Below, in pieces: positions 25,301 through 38,000 of a stretch of 64,000 bases of DNA. This DNA is from Podarcis filfolensis (Eukaryota). Each line of letters begins with the position of its first letter. The first letter of the stretch is position 1. A program made the translations under genes and the position numbers. The DNA is taken from assembly GCA_964270895.1 (NCBI GenBank), contig OZ185438.1. One strand, written 5' to 3'. The notes under the pieces were generated by a model that searched no databases, was not told the origin of the DNA, and saw only the letters and a program-made list of their open reading frames with translations.

Positions 25301-28300
25301 GGATGTGTTCATAACCGCCTGCATAGTCCTGGTGGGATAGAACAATATTCAGCAGGTCTTTCAAAGATGGCACAGGAGGTGCCTGCTGAATCTCTACTGG
25401 CAGAATATTCCACAGGACTGGGCTCACGACACTAAAGACTTGAATTCTTGTTGCAGTCTAATGAGCCTCACCAACTTGAGGAATGACCTCATTCCTACAG
25501 ATGATCTCAGTTATGGAGCTGGGATATAAAGGTTCAGGTGATCCCTGGACCTAACTTGTTCAGGGCTTTGTAAATTATGATGACAACTTTGAACCAAGCT
25601 CAGTAGCAGATGGGCAGCCAGTGCAATGGTTTTAACAACGATATAACATGTTCTCCACCAGAAGCTCCTATCAGAAGTTGGGCTACTGCATTCTGCACCA
25701 ACTGGAACGTCTGAACCAGACCCAAGGCCAGTCATCAAATGGTGCGCATTACAGTATCCAGCCTTGAGGTCAGCAATGCATGGACTACAGTGGTCAGGCT
25801 ATCTCTGTACAGTAGAGTGGTACCTCGGGTTACATACGCTTCAGGTTACAGACTCTGCTAACACAGAAATAATACCTCAGGTTAAGAACTTTGCTTCAGG
25901 ATGAGAACAGAAATCGCGCGGTGGCGGCAGGAGGCCCCATTAGCTAAAGTGGTGCTTCAGGTTAAGAACAGTTTCAGGTTAAGAACAGATCTCCAGAACG
26001 AATTAAGTTCTTAACCCAAGGTACCACTGTATTGACCATAGCTGGCAAACCGGACAAAGCTGAAGTGCAGGTTTTTTTGTGCTATTAAAAGTTTTAAAGG
26101 TACAAACTATTGTATGATCAAGAGACTGCTTATCACTTTAAACATCTTGCAAATTAATTCTCAGCAAGCTTGACTAAAGCCATTTTCTGCACACTGTTTT
26201 GACAATGAGCATGGTAGATTGAATGTTAATTCTAGCTAAGCAGCTCAAAGTTTTTAAACTTGAGAGAAGTGACAAGAACTGAAAATAATGTGTTAAAAGA
26301 TATTTGGCTAAGAGTAATCCTGATTTTCTACAGATCCATGTCACAGAACCAGCCAGACATCCTGGCACAGCTAGAAGTCTTTCTTCTAAACAAGTCAAGG
26401 CCAGCCAGGCGCGAGAGGGGCTAAAAGCAAGAAGTAGCAGAGTTGCAAATTTCAGGCAAGGGAGCAATACCAGGTTACCGCTTGCCTTCCGTAAGAACAT
26501 ACCTGGGTTCTGAAAGTTATGTTATTGACCCCTGGTTCCAGTATTAAGTTGCTACATTTTAAAACATGGGCACCATCCTCCAGAGTTAGCCCTGTGGGTA
26601 TTTCCAGAGAAGAGCTGCTCTCCTGCCTTCGCAACAGCATGTGCACATTTTTGCAGATGATGCCTGTTGTGTTCAAGGAATTATCCGAGGGGCTCCTTTC
26701 ATACATCTCATACAACTCCAACATCGGCAAGCTACTTCTTGATAGAGAGAGACCTACAACCTCATTTGGAAAGCTGATAATACCATTGGAAGTCTTGTGT
26801 TTTGTGAGCCACTCAGCTGTCTTCCGGTAGCTATTTTTTTCAATGCTGAAATGGATATTAATAGCAATCTGATCCACTTTCACCGCGATGGGCATCTGAT
26901 TTGCCAACGTCAGTTCAATAGACAGTGTTCCACCCACATGGACCACCGCATTAGGAGGGTCAAAATGCAGATTCTTCAGCTGTGCAAAGGAATGCATGGA
27001 CAGTATAACTTTCTGATCTGTAAAGAAACATAAAATAAGATACATGTAAAACTCTATTGACCGTACGAGTGTAATCAAAGCAAAGTTACCATTCAGCTAA
27101 TACCTAGTAACTCTAAGGAAGAGCATAAACTCTTGGTTTGTGAATCTCAGCACAACTTTAGGGGCACAGATTCATAAGCCTCAATGTATCTCCAGACTCA
27201 GAGTGGAAACATTTCTGGAGGTTCTGCAGTCATGGAATAATAGCATTGTAGACTTGGAAGGGAACCCCAAGAGTCACCTAACCCCCTGCAATGCAGGGAT
27301 AATATTGATGGGCTCATCAAAAGTACTCTTTGTACAAAAGTACTCTTTGAATTCCAGCTGTAGTATATATATTGTGTTGTAACACACTAAGTTATACTCG
27401 GAATAAATACATTGAAATTAATAGACCTAAGTTGGCCATGTCCATGAATTTCAATGGGTCTACTCTGACTATCACTCATGCTGGATACAGCCCATCACTT
27501 TTGCTTAATTGTGTCAAAAAGACCAAATTCTGCAACCTAAACACATCTGGACAATATATTCTCCATAATATGCTATCTATATGCCTTGCATAATTTATTC
27601 TAATTGGCCTAATCCTGGGGAGAGACAAATAACTATGTAGAGTACTATGTAAACCCCATCTCCGAACTACTAGAAATCTAATTCAGCCACTCTCTCAGCT
27701 TCATTTTTAACACACTTTCAAGTACATCTTGCCTACCATATGGGCTAGAAACTTGTGCAATAAAAATGAAAGCTGAGATTTTCAGGAAACTAAACTCTGC
27801 AACCTAATTCTGCAAATGTTATGAGCTCTGTATAATCACACAATACCTAAAGTCACAGCATCCTTTTAGTAAATTTCTGAAGCTGTTAATTGAACAAAAT
27901 AGTAGGCAGAAGAGGGCAGAAGCATGTAATAAAATGAAGGAACTAAAAAAAAAATGGAATCACCTATAGAAAGTTATTCCTTCAAAAAGGAGCAAGTTGA
28001 AATCTTACAAGAGGATGAAACTAATCTTGCTTTAAAAGCCATTCAAAACCAAAAGCCACTGGCTCAGGAGTGGTGAATCTTTCTCAGACTGGGGGCCACA
28101 TTTCCTTCAGGGCAATACTCTGGCTAGTGCCCATGATGGGTAAAGACAGAGGCAAAAGAGCACAGAGCAATGAATATAATTTGTAAAATAGGCTAGTTTC
28201 ATACTTTCACACACCATGCTAGCCTCCGGCAAGGCAAGGCAAGGGGCACTATCAAGAGTTCGAATACATATTCCAGCCAGGGAAAAACAAAACCTCAAGG

Positions 28301-31300
28301 AGGATCCAAGTTAGGTCTAGTGATCTGGGCAGAGTCCTGACTGCCAGACAGAGAGGCCTAAGGTTCCCCACTCTGCCCCTAACTTCTTAAGAAAGATAGC
28401 CTAGTTGAAGTTTCACAATAAGTCTCTCTTGAAAGTCTTACCTTCACCTTCTGAGGGCTGTTTGGCAAAATTTAGTATTTCTTGGCAATAGTGTTTGCGC
28501 TCTTCCTCCGTTAAGTGAGTATCAGCAGCTAAAAGACTGCTTGTTTGAAGATAGCTGGCACGAAGTTAAGGAAGTGTGGAGAAAGGAGTATACACACACA
28601 CACAAATAATATGCTACCTTGATGCAACGACAAATACTTGATTCATGTTAAAGTTTTTTTAAAAAAAATAATCAGATAATCTCCGCACCTAATTCTACAT
28701 TTAAAAACCAACCTGCTTAGTAATTATTTAATTGTAGTAATTATATCAACGATGACATCACATCCCCTCTGCAACTGGAACTCAGGAGTGTTGACTTAAA
28801 ACTGGGAGGCTCATAAGGATTCCTCAAACTGTGAGGGAACTGTGACCAGTTTGGCTGCCCTTTCCTGAACTCTACAATATCCTTCTTGACTTGAGGTGAA
28901 GCAACCAGAATTATTCCTAACACGGAATTTGTCTTTTTAGCCACTGGTACACACTGGGTCAACACTTTCACCAAGCTACCAACCACGATCCCAAGTTCTC
29001 TTCCCTGGAGAGTCATTGCCAGTTCAGATCCTATTAGCATATACGTGACATTAGTGGTGTAATTCAACATAGTGCTAAGTGGGTTATGCGCAAGCAGAAC
29101 AAAGTCTGCTCACGCAATAGGATTTCCTCCCCTCTAAACCTTATGGAAGTTCACCTAACTCTCCAGAGCAGATTTAGGGAGTGGAGGGAGAGAAGACCGG
29201 CTGAGTCAGTGGGCCACTTCCAAGGTAGTCTACTATCAAGTAGTATATAAGTATTAAGAAATAAACAATAAATAAAAGCGATGCCAGGGCCTTTATGGCG
29301 GTTATGTGCAAAGCCCAGCAGCTCCAACACCTAACCTCCGACGAAAAATGCAAGATTGATTTTGAAGAGTTTCCAGGGTTATTGGTGCAATCCTTGGGTG
29401 ACAATACTGTGCACCTTCTGCTGTACTACCCACCCTCCCCAACAAAGCACATAGGTACCTAAGACATACCCTTTGCTTTGAAGGATACTTTTCCACTTGT
29501 CCCAGGTGTTTCTGGCATTCTGCTAGCTGCTTCCGTGTATGCGTAATAAGCAGTGCCCATCCCTCCGCAAGGTAGGTTTTCAATGCTCCTTGAAGGTAGA
29601 CTTCAGCCTTTTGAGGACTCTTCTTTTTCCTTGGGAAAAGAGTCACAGACAGGGAGAGGGAAAGCAGTTTACAATTTTTTAAAAATGGAAACCTTTCCTC
29701 CGCTACAAACATGAAGTATAGATTAGGTAACTAATCACTGTACTCTTTTCGGCACCTGCTGAAAACATTCTTGCTTAGACAAACCTACCCAGAGGGTTAG
29801 AAAGCCAAGGTGATTTTAATCAATTTTAGTATTTAAACTTTTATATTTTTTAAGTATGGGTGTGAATTTTTCTCAATTTTATTGTTCTATCTTTTTGCAA
29901 ACAGCATTGATTTTTTTTACAATCAAGAGGCATGTAAATTTTATACTGTAATAATGATAAATATATAGTAATAAAATAACTAATACCCTATTCAATATGC
30001 TTAGCATTCATTGCACATGGAATGGATTGTTAAAATACCTTGAAAGCTTTTAAGCTCATAGAGTCCTTGATAATATTAAGCTGTGTGCATATCTTGATAG
30101 AGCTACAGAGCATTTACCCCTTCCTTGTCTTAGATTCCATATCAGTGTACACACACATAAAGGAATGGGGGTTAGGGATCTAATTATCAGGATAGCTAAT
30201 ACAATTTTGAGCACATATTTTTGCTGTTGCAGCATAGAGAAGCTAACTGGTTAACCAAGCCATTTTTGTTTGTTTGTTTGTTTCCAATTATTTTTCAGAA
30301 CATGTGCCTAAAACGTCTCTTAATTTCTAAGTGCATTATTTATTATTTATTTTATTAAATATATTTTCAGCCTGCTCTTTATCCGAAGATCTCAGAGTGA
30401 TTTATATCTCCATTAAAACCGCAGTCAATAAAGCAAGCAGATAAAAGTCCATAAAATCAACATCAAACCCCAGAGATGGTTCTCATTGAAGAGAATGACT
30501 AAAATCACTGAAAGGCTCAGACAAACAGGAAATGTTTTCACTTGGCACAAAAATGTTAACAAGGTCAGTGCCAATCACACTTTGAGGGAGAAGGCATTCC
30601 ACCATCCGGGAACCACCAATGATGAGGCCGAATCACCTATCCCCACATAATGCATCTCTCCTAATAGTGAGACTCTGAGATGGGCCTCCCCTCCAGATCA
30701 AAGAGACTGGGCAAGCTGGTAACAGCAGAAGCAATCCTTCACATACTTGGATCCCAAGTCATTTATGACTTTAAATTCAGCCTGGAAAAATACAGCCAGC
30801 CACTGAAGATCTTTTTGGGTTGGTTTTAATGCGATTCCCCATGGCTCCCCCAGACAATACCCTGGCAGCTGCATTCTGGCACTAATTGGAGTTTCTGGAT
30901 CATTTGCATAGGCAGCCCCATGTAAACTGTGTTACAGTAGTTCAGATAGTAGGTTAGCTGAGCATGAGTAACTGCAGTTGAGTTACCTCTATGCGGAAAC
31001 AGATGTAGCTGGCAAGATAGATGGAGTGGGAGAGGGTACTTCAAAACTCAGAATCCATCTCTGTTTCCTGTGACAGTGTTGAATCAGAGAACACTTCCAA
31101 CTATATACCTACTACTTCAAAGGGAATGCAACCCTATCCAAATCAGGGAACCTATCTAGTTCCCAGGCCAAATATCTGTCTACCCACACAGCTTCTGCCT
31201 TCAAGATGCAGTCTTACTATAGTGGCCCTCATCCAGCCTGCTGCTGCTGTTGTTTATTGCCCACCCTTCCCCCTACAGCCTCCAGACACCAGCCCAATAC

Positions 31301-34300
31301 CTTCCAGTCTCATCTTACTCCAGCAAGAAGTACTGCTGGATTTGTCAACAGCCTACACTGCTGACACCTTGCTTCCCTGATGTCCTCACCCAGCAGCTTC
31401 ATATAGATACTGAAGAGCATGAGGGCAAAATGGAACCCTACAGGACCCCACAGCAGGCATCCCAAGTGGGACCTGTACATAGGAGTGGAATAACTGTAAC
31501 AACGTATCAGAGACAATCCAGGAGGACATCATAGTTAACGGTATGAAAAGCTGAGATATCAAGGAGAATCAACAAGGATGCACTGCCACAGTCCCTCTCT
31601 GTCCCTCTCAACTAAACTTTCAGATTAAAAGTTTTGTTCCTTAAAAGGCAACCATTTAAAGTTTTCCTTACATATAAAATTCTGCCAGATCCTTTCCAAC
31701 AAGCTTTGCTGAGCGAGATCTTCCAATGTTTTTGTACATTTCAATAGTGGCATGGGAAAGATCCTACATAAGATAAAAGAAAAGACAAGGGGCTTTAGGA
31801 CAAGCTATCTTACAACAGTTCTTTGTTCCAAAACTTTATGTTTAATATATTCAGAAGCATATGTCCTATGGATTGAACACAAAGATCTTTTCCAAAGTTC
31901 CTTTGGGTTTTTTGTTTTTGTTTTTGCACTGTTGTAAGTTGTTGATTACTTATTGAAAGTTTAGAGGAAATCTGGCAAATATTTTAAAAAGCTAATTACA
32001 CATACAAGAATTCCACCATTGTATTTACTCCATATAAACAAACATTTAACCAGCCTCCATATATTCAAATATGTTATGCTCGTTATCTTCATCAGCTATG
32101 TATTTTTGAAAGTCTATCCATTTGTTCTCTATAGGTTTGGACACCTATTGAGATATCACTATTAAACTCGCCACAAGGGTTCCCAAGGTGGGATAGTAGT
32201 TTTTGCCAACTTTTGGGTGCTGGCTGCCATTTTGAATCAAGACTTTGAAGATCCCTCCCGACACTGATGGTGAGTCTATACTATTTATTAAACTAGTATA
32301 GTATTCTGCTGCAAATATTGACTGAAGACTACACCCAATATATTATACACTCTATAATATTTTGTTCTCTTATTTAGAGTCTACATGCAGAATATATATA
32401 GCATACTTACTAAGTAGTGATTTTCAAAAGCTTCTACAGATGATAAGGCCTCTTTCAGTTTCTTATAAGGAGATTGTGCTGTATTGGCTTCAAAAATAAA
32501 ATAGGACAGATGTAAGACTTCCGTTTTCAAAAGGCAACTAAAATTAATGCAGGAAGACACCACACTGCACTTTATCCTGTGCTATATTTTAAAGAACCAA
32601 GATATTAACATTAGGCGAGTCTGGGGTTTTCTATCTATGATTCAAACTCAAATGTGGGCTTTGATTTGCTCTTATTTCAGCACATCTAGCTGATATATCA
32701 AATATTCTGTCAGTGCAAAAAAATTAGTTCAGTTGGTTAGAGCATGGTGCTGAGAACACCAAGATTGCAGGTTCGATCCCTATACGGGATAGCTGTCTAT
32801 TTCTGCATTGCAGGGGACTGGACTAGATGATCCTCAGGGTCCCCTCCAACTCTACAATTGTATTATTATTTATGTTAACAGGAACACAGTTCTACCCTTC
32901 TTTATTTTCAAAGGAAATAGTGATCTTTTAAATTTTCACTGTACAGCAAGACTAAAAGTGTCATTTAAAAAACAAGCAGCGGCTACACACAGTTATCCGA
33001 AGGGATAGTACATCAAACATATAACGAGAAACTCTAATTACCAGCATCATTATGCTATTTGACTACAGAGTTACAAACTTCCTGTCCACCACTCCAGTAA
33101 GTATAGCATAAAAGAATTTCTGTGGTATTCAAAAATGGTCCAGCTACATGCATTGTGGAGAAGATTAATCCCTTTTCAGTATGAACACTTCAGTAGCAAA
33201 CTGTCTCTGAACATGGATAACTTTGGCAAATACTGAAGCAAACAATAGTTGTCCATCAAAAGCATGACTGACATCAAGAGAACTTATTGGGCCTTCACAT
33301 AGTTTCATAAAACATTTTCTGTAAATACCTGTTTCAGGGCGTTCAGCTCCAAGTCCCGCTAGAAGATCAACTGTTCGATTAAGATCTTCTGAGTTGGGCC
33401 CATTTTCTGACACAAGTCCACATAGGTAACCCAGGGACTTCAACTGCAGAAATATAAAGTTCTGTCATTGTACTCCATGACAAGAGAAATATGAAAACAC
33501 TGGCTACATTTTTAACTCCCAAGTCACACAAAGAATCTTGCAACACCTCACAAATTTATTTTGACAATCATAATGCCTCAATAACTGCTAAGTTTCTGTC
33601 TTTCCAGCAAATAACATCTATATTTCCAGAAAATAAATGTGAGCAACTGATAAGAGTGGGATAACAGATGAAAGAAACCATCTTAAACCTGACAGATTCA
33701 TTTCAAACAGTGTTATAAGTCACACGTATGCATCGCCTCCCCAACACATCCGAAATCTTACAGGGCACCTGCAACAGAACTACCATACTGAGTTAGTCTG
33801 TTAGCTCTGAATTCTTTCCGAAACAGTAACCAACCAAATGCTTCACAGTATTTGTATAATCTGCATAATCATGTAAAATCCCATTCCCCTGTTTGCAACT
33901 GGTCATATCCCAACATGAAGTTTATCAGATGAAGGATCCAACTGCATCGTGTACATATAGGTCCTACACACATTGGACTGCAGACATGTACACCCCTATG
34001 CAAATACAATTGTCCAGTGTACAATGTGGAGAATAGACTGCCATGCTGAGCAGGTGGCCTGATCCCCTCACCCAATGTACCCATGAAAAACTACATTTGT
34101 ATGCACATGCCAGGGTCTTGGGCGGGGGGGGTGGTGGAGAGAGATTGTCAGCTAGACTGATGCAAGAAGTACAAAAGTTCATTATCTGGGAATGTAGCTA
34201 GCCAAATGTATCCTGGTACAGTGTTTGGTTAAGAAGAAAAATGAGTGCACTGCCCTTACAAACATTTGTCTGATCCGTTAGAAGCAGAACTTCAGTATCA

Positions 34301-35028
34301 TATTGGCCTATCTCTCATTAAACAAAAGTTGTACTGATTGTGACTATGAAACTTTTCCACTGACAGTTTGGCAACATGCATCACTCCCTTTGTTTACCTT
34401 TTCAGTGGCGTAACTCCATAAGCCGACTGTGTGGGAGACATTGGCGTCAATCTGAGACCGATCACAGCAACCTTCTATTCTCTGCAAAACCTCCAAGCAG
34501 CTCAAGAAGACCCAACAGTCCAAAGCGCCAGGAGGAACAGAGACCTAAAGAACAGCAGACACCGTTCAGACCCAACGTATATTCTTATAAGGCAAAAAAT
34601 GTATAGATTAGTACTAACGGCTTTTAACGGGGGGTTGTGTGCAACACAAAGCCAGGTCTTGAGGGCAATCTATCATCTCCTGCCAAACACCACAAACTTC
34701 CACACAAACTAGCTAATCGCTTTCCAAAAGAGGCTCAAGTTCTTGCCACCCTAAACGACCCTTAAGCTCAGGGTTGGGAAGACTTCAGGTTTGCAGGATT
34801 TACTTTGGGTCTGTCTTTTTATTAGAACCCCAAGACCCAACAAAAAGAAGTCAGGTGCAAATAGTGTCAGGAGGCAATGTAAACTATGAGCAGACACTCG
34901 GCTGGGATCAGGAATTTGTTTTTAGTAACAGAATTGAGCTCACAGTTCTTTCACACACAAAAATCTACTCCTGGTTCCTACCTCCACCAGCATTTCTCAT
35001 CATAATAGACTTTAAATTTTTTTATATT

Positions 35029-35069
<41 letters not shown>

Positions 35070-38000
35070 ATCTATCATCTATCTATCTATCTATCTTTTG
35101 GTTGTAGCTATCGTTAAATGATAAGGAGTATGAATCCTTGCTGACATACTTCAAATCACCCAGAAATCTACCCGCAGACCCCAATCTCTCTTTTGCCCAC
35201 CCCTGTTTAGGTCACTCTATAATCCAGAGCAAAACAAGGAGCTAGGGAGGAAATTTAAGCATTAAATCACTTGACTGATTAATTTACATAAACTTACTTC
35301 AAGGAGCTTTAGCTCTTGCACACAGTTGTGGAGAAGTTCTAGCGCTCGCTGAGATACCTCCCATGGTCTCTGGAGAAAGATCAGCAATGTGCACTGGCGA
35401 GAAAAGAGGTAACTGCGCAGGTCTAACAGAGTGGCTTCCTGGTTCTGAATCAGTTCTCTTTTCTCCATGTCTATTGGCTTACGAAGAACCAGCCCATTCC
35501 AGCTTCGCACCGGTTGGCAGAAAAAAGTCAGCCAGTTTGCACCATCTATGCAAAACACAGTGAGAGGTAACGACACCTGGCACATTGAAGCAATGTGAAT
35601 TAAGCTACACACATCCGTATTAAAGTTTTCTGTTGAATACACTTTTTATTACAGGGAAATAAAAAGTTTACACAATCAAGTGGATTATATGTAACCCTTG
35701 GATTGCTCGAATTTAATTCTGCAAAGCAAAAGTCATCAGATCTCTTCATGGAAATGCTCAATTACACTTCTGATTTAACTACTTACCACCAGCTCCAAAG
35801 TTGACAACATACTGGGAGAACAGGGCATCCAGCTCATCGTATTGCACAAGGGCATCCTCAAATTGCTGCAGCATTTCAAAGACAAAGGCCAATTCTTCCT
35901 TTTAATATATAAAGAAAAATATGTTAATACCGTGAAACAAAATGGAAGCAACAAAACAGTAGCAACAAAAAATGTACAGTACTTGGTATCTCCCCCGCCC
36001 CCCGCCTGGCAAAAATAACCGAAGACTACTCTTAGGAAATCAAGGGCCAATTTTTAAGAAAAGTCTTCACTCTTGAAAATGTGTTAATCGTGGTGGTACA
36101 AAGTGGGTACTGGTTGGCATCTTTAGATCCCTTTCCTATAAGCTCTGTGCAAGGTAGCTAAATTGACTCATGCAAGAAAAATGAAACACTGAAACAAAAA
36201 CTTTTGCTCATGATTTTAGCTCTACGCAGTTTAAAGGAAACAGTTTAATGCAAACACATTGTTGGATGCAAGCAGTACAAGACTAGTTTTAAAAAGGTTT
36301 ATTTTTCCACAGACTGCTTTACTATACCTGGACCATAAAATATTCACAAAAACTCCATCCTGGCTCCGTCCTCTTCTCCCTCAAAGTTCTCATGTCATCC
36401 TCAAATTTGCCAAGGTTTTTGGTAAAAGACATGAGAAGCAGGGTCCTGAGTTTTGTCAAGAAGGCATTCCAGGACTCCTGAGAGCGGGAAGAGTCTTTCA
36501 AGGGGTCAGATAGCACTACACATCTGTAAGGAGGAAAGAATCATAAAATCGTATAATCATACACGTTGGAAGGGACCCTGAGGATCATCTAGTCCAACCT
36601 CCTGCAATACAGGAATATGCAGCTGTCCCTTATGGGGGATCGAACCTGCGACCTTGATGTTATCAGCACCATGCTCTAACCAACTGAGCTAGATTAATTA
36701 AGATTTTGGTCAAGAGTGGACAAATCAAATGGGATACTAGACTTGCCAGGAGGTTACTTTCTTTTTAGCAAGAATAACAGGAAAAGGGTTTAGTTATATA
36801 TCCCTTCAAACCAGCAGAGTCTCAAGGTGTTTTAAAATACCAAAAAAAAAATCTATAAAACAAAACAAATGTAAAAGATTAAAAAGTGCTCCTCCTAAGA
36901 CAAAGTGGAGGGGCCAACAAGAGACATCCCATCTGTAGGGAAGAACCACCCAGTTTCAAGGTTTCAGTGTTGAAGGCTTTCACAAGCAAAAACCCAAGAC
37001 AGATCACTTGCACTGAGGTGTTATAAAGTAAGGAAGTAAAGAAAAAGGACACAGAGTGCTTAGAAGAGGTTTGGTCAAAAGGAACTCCTCAGAGGTACCT
37101 AAATAATATCTGCATGCGGCATGATATGTGTGTGTGTGTACACACAACCTCTGTCCTCCTTCCAAAAATATCCCAATGTTAGTAAAATAGGCCAGCCTGT
37201 TATCCAGGGTATCCAACTTTCCATTCTGATTAAGCCAATAAGAGAGCAGGCAGCAAAGGAGCAGTGCCGCCTAAGGACACAACTTTAGCAATGGAGAGTG
37301 GAAATACGAGCTGCTTTAGTGCATCATTATTTCCTATCTAACTGCAAAAGTGTGAGGAGAAAGACAAGGCTGAGAAAATGGCGAGACCCAAGCAAACCTG
37401 GCCTCTATTGGCAGCTCAAAAGGGGCCCTGTTAATATTAGCAATCCCACCCTGCCCTGCATAGCAGCATTAGGACAAAAATAAATTTGAACAGCGCTGTA
37501 TTGACATGCCCCATGGTGCACCAATGTTCACTTGAACAACAGGACTTACCCTCCCACCTTCCCATGCACCATCCCTAAATCTGCTCTGGAGGGTTGGGAG
37601 AGCGCCAGAACAGGAATCACTGCACTGGCCGAATGTTCTCCTTAGCACTATATTGGATTCCACCCACCCACCCCCGCTTCCCACCAAAAGGCAGAAGCCT
37701 CTTGAGTGGACATTTCTTGCTGGCCCTGCTTTCTTCCAGAGGAGGAATCACAGAATTCAAGTCCAACCCCCTGCAATGCAGGAATCTTTTGCCCCATGTG
37801 GGGCTCAAACCCATGACCCTGAGGTTCTTTAAGAGTCTCATGCTCTGCCAGCTGAGCTAGACTTAAATCTTTGCCACTTTGCTCTGTTCCTGGCTGAACA
37901 AGAATGCGTATTTTCATTTGGAAAGTTTTGTGAAAGTGGTCAAACTGGAAGAAAGTCAACAGGCTATTTTTTGTTTCAAAATATTCTGAAATATTTTCTT

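Noticed and set aside
37790-37860. tRNA-Lys(CTT)-like sequence, and tRNA-like heads at 32724 and 36691
   Set aside because: The acceptor stem is incomplete, the anticodon loop is disrupted by an insertion, and each is fused to a CR1-like tail, so these are SINE heads, not tRNA genes.
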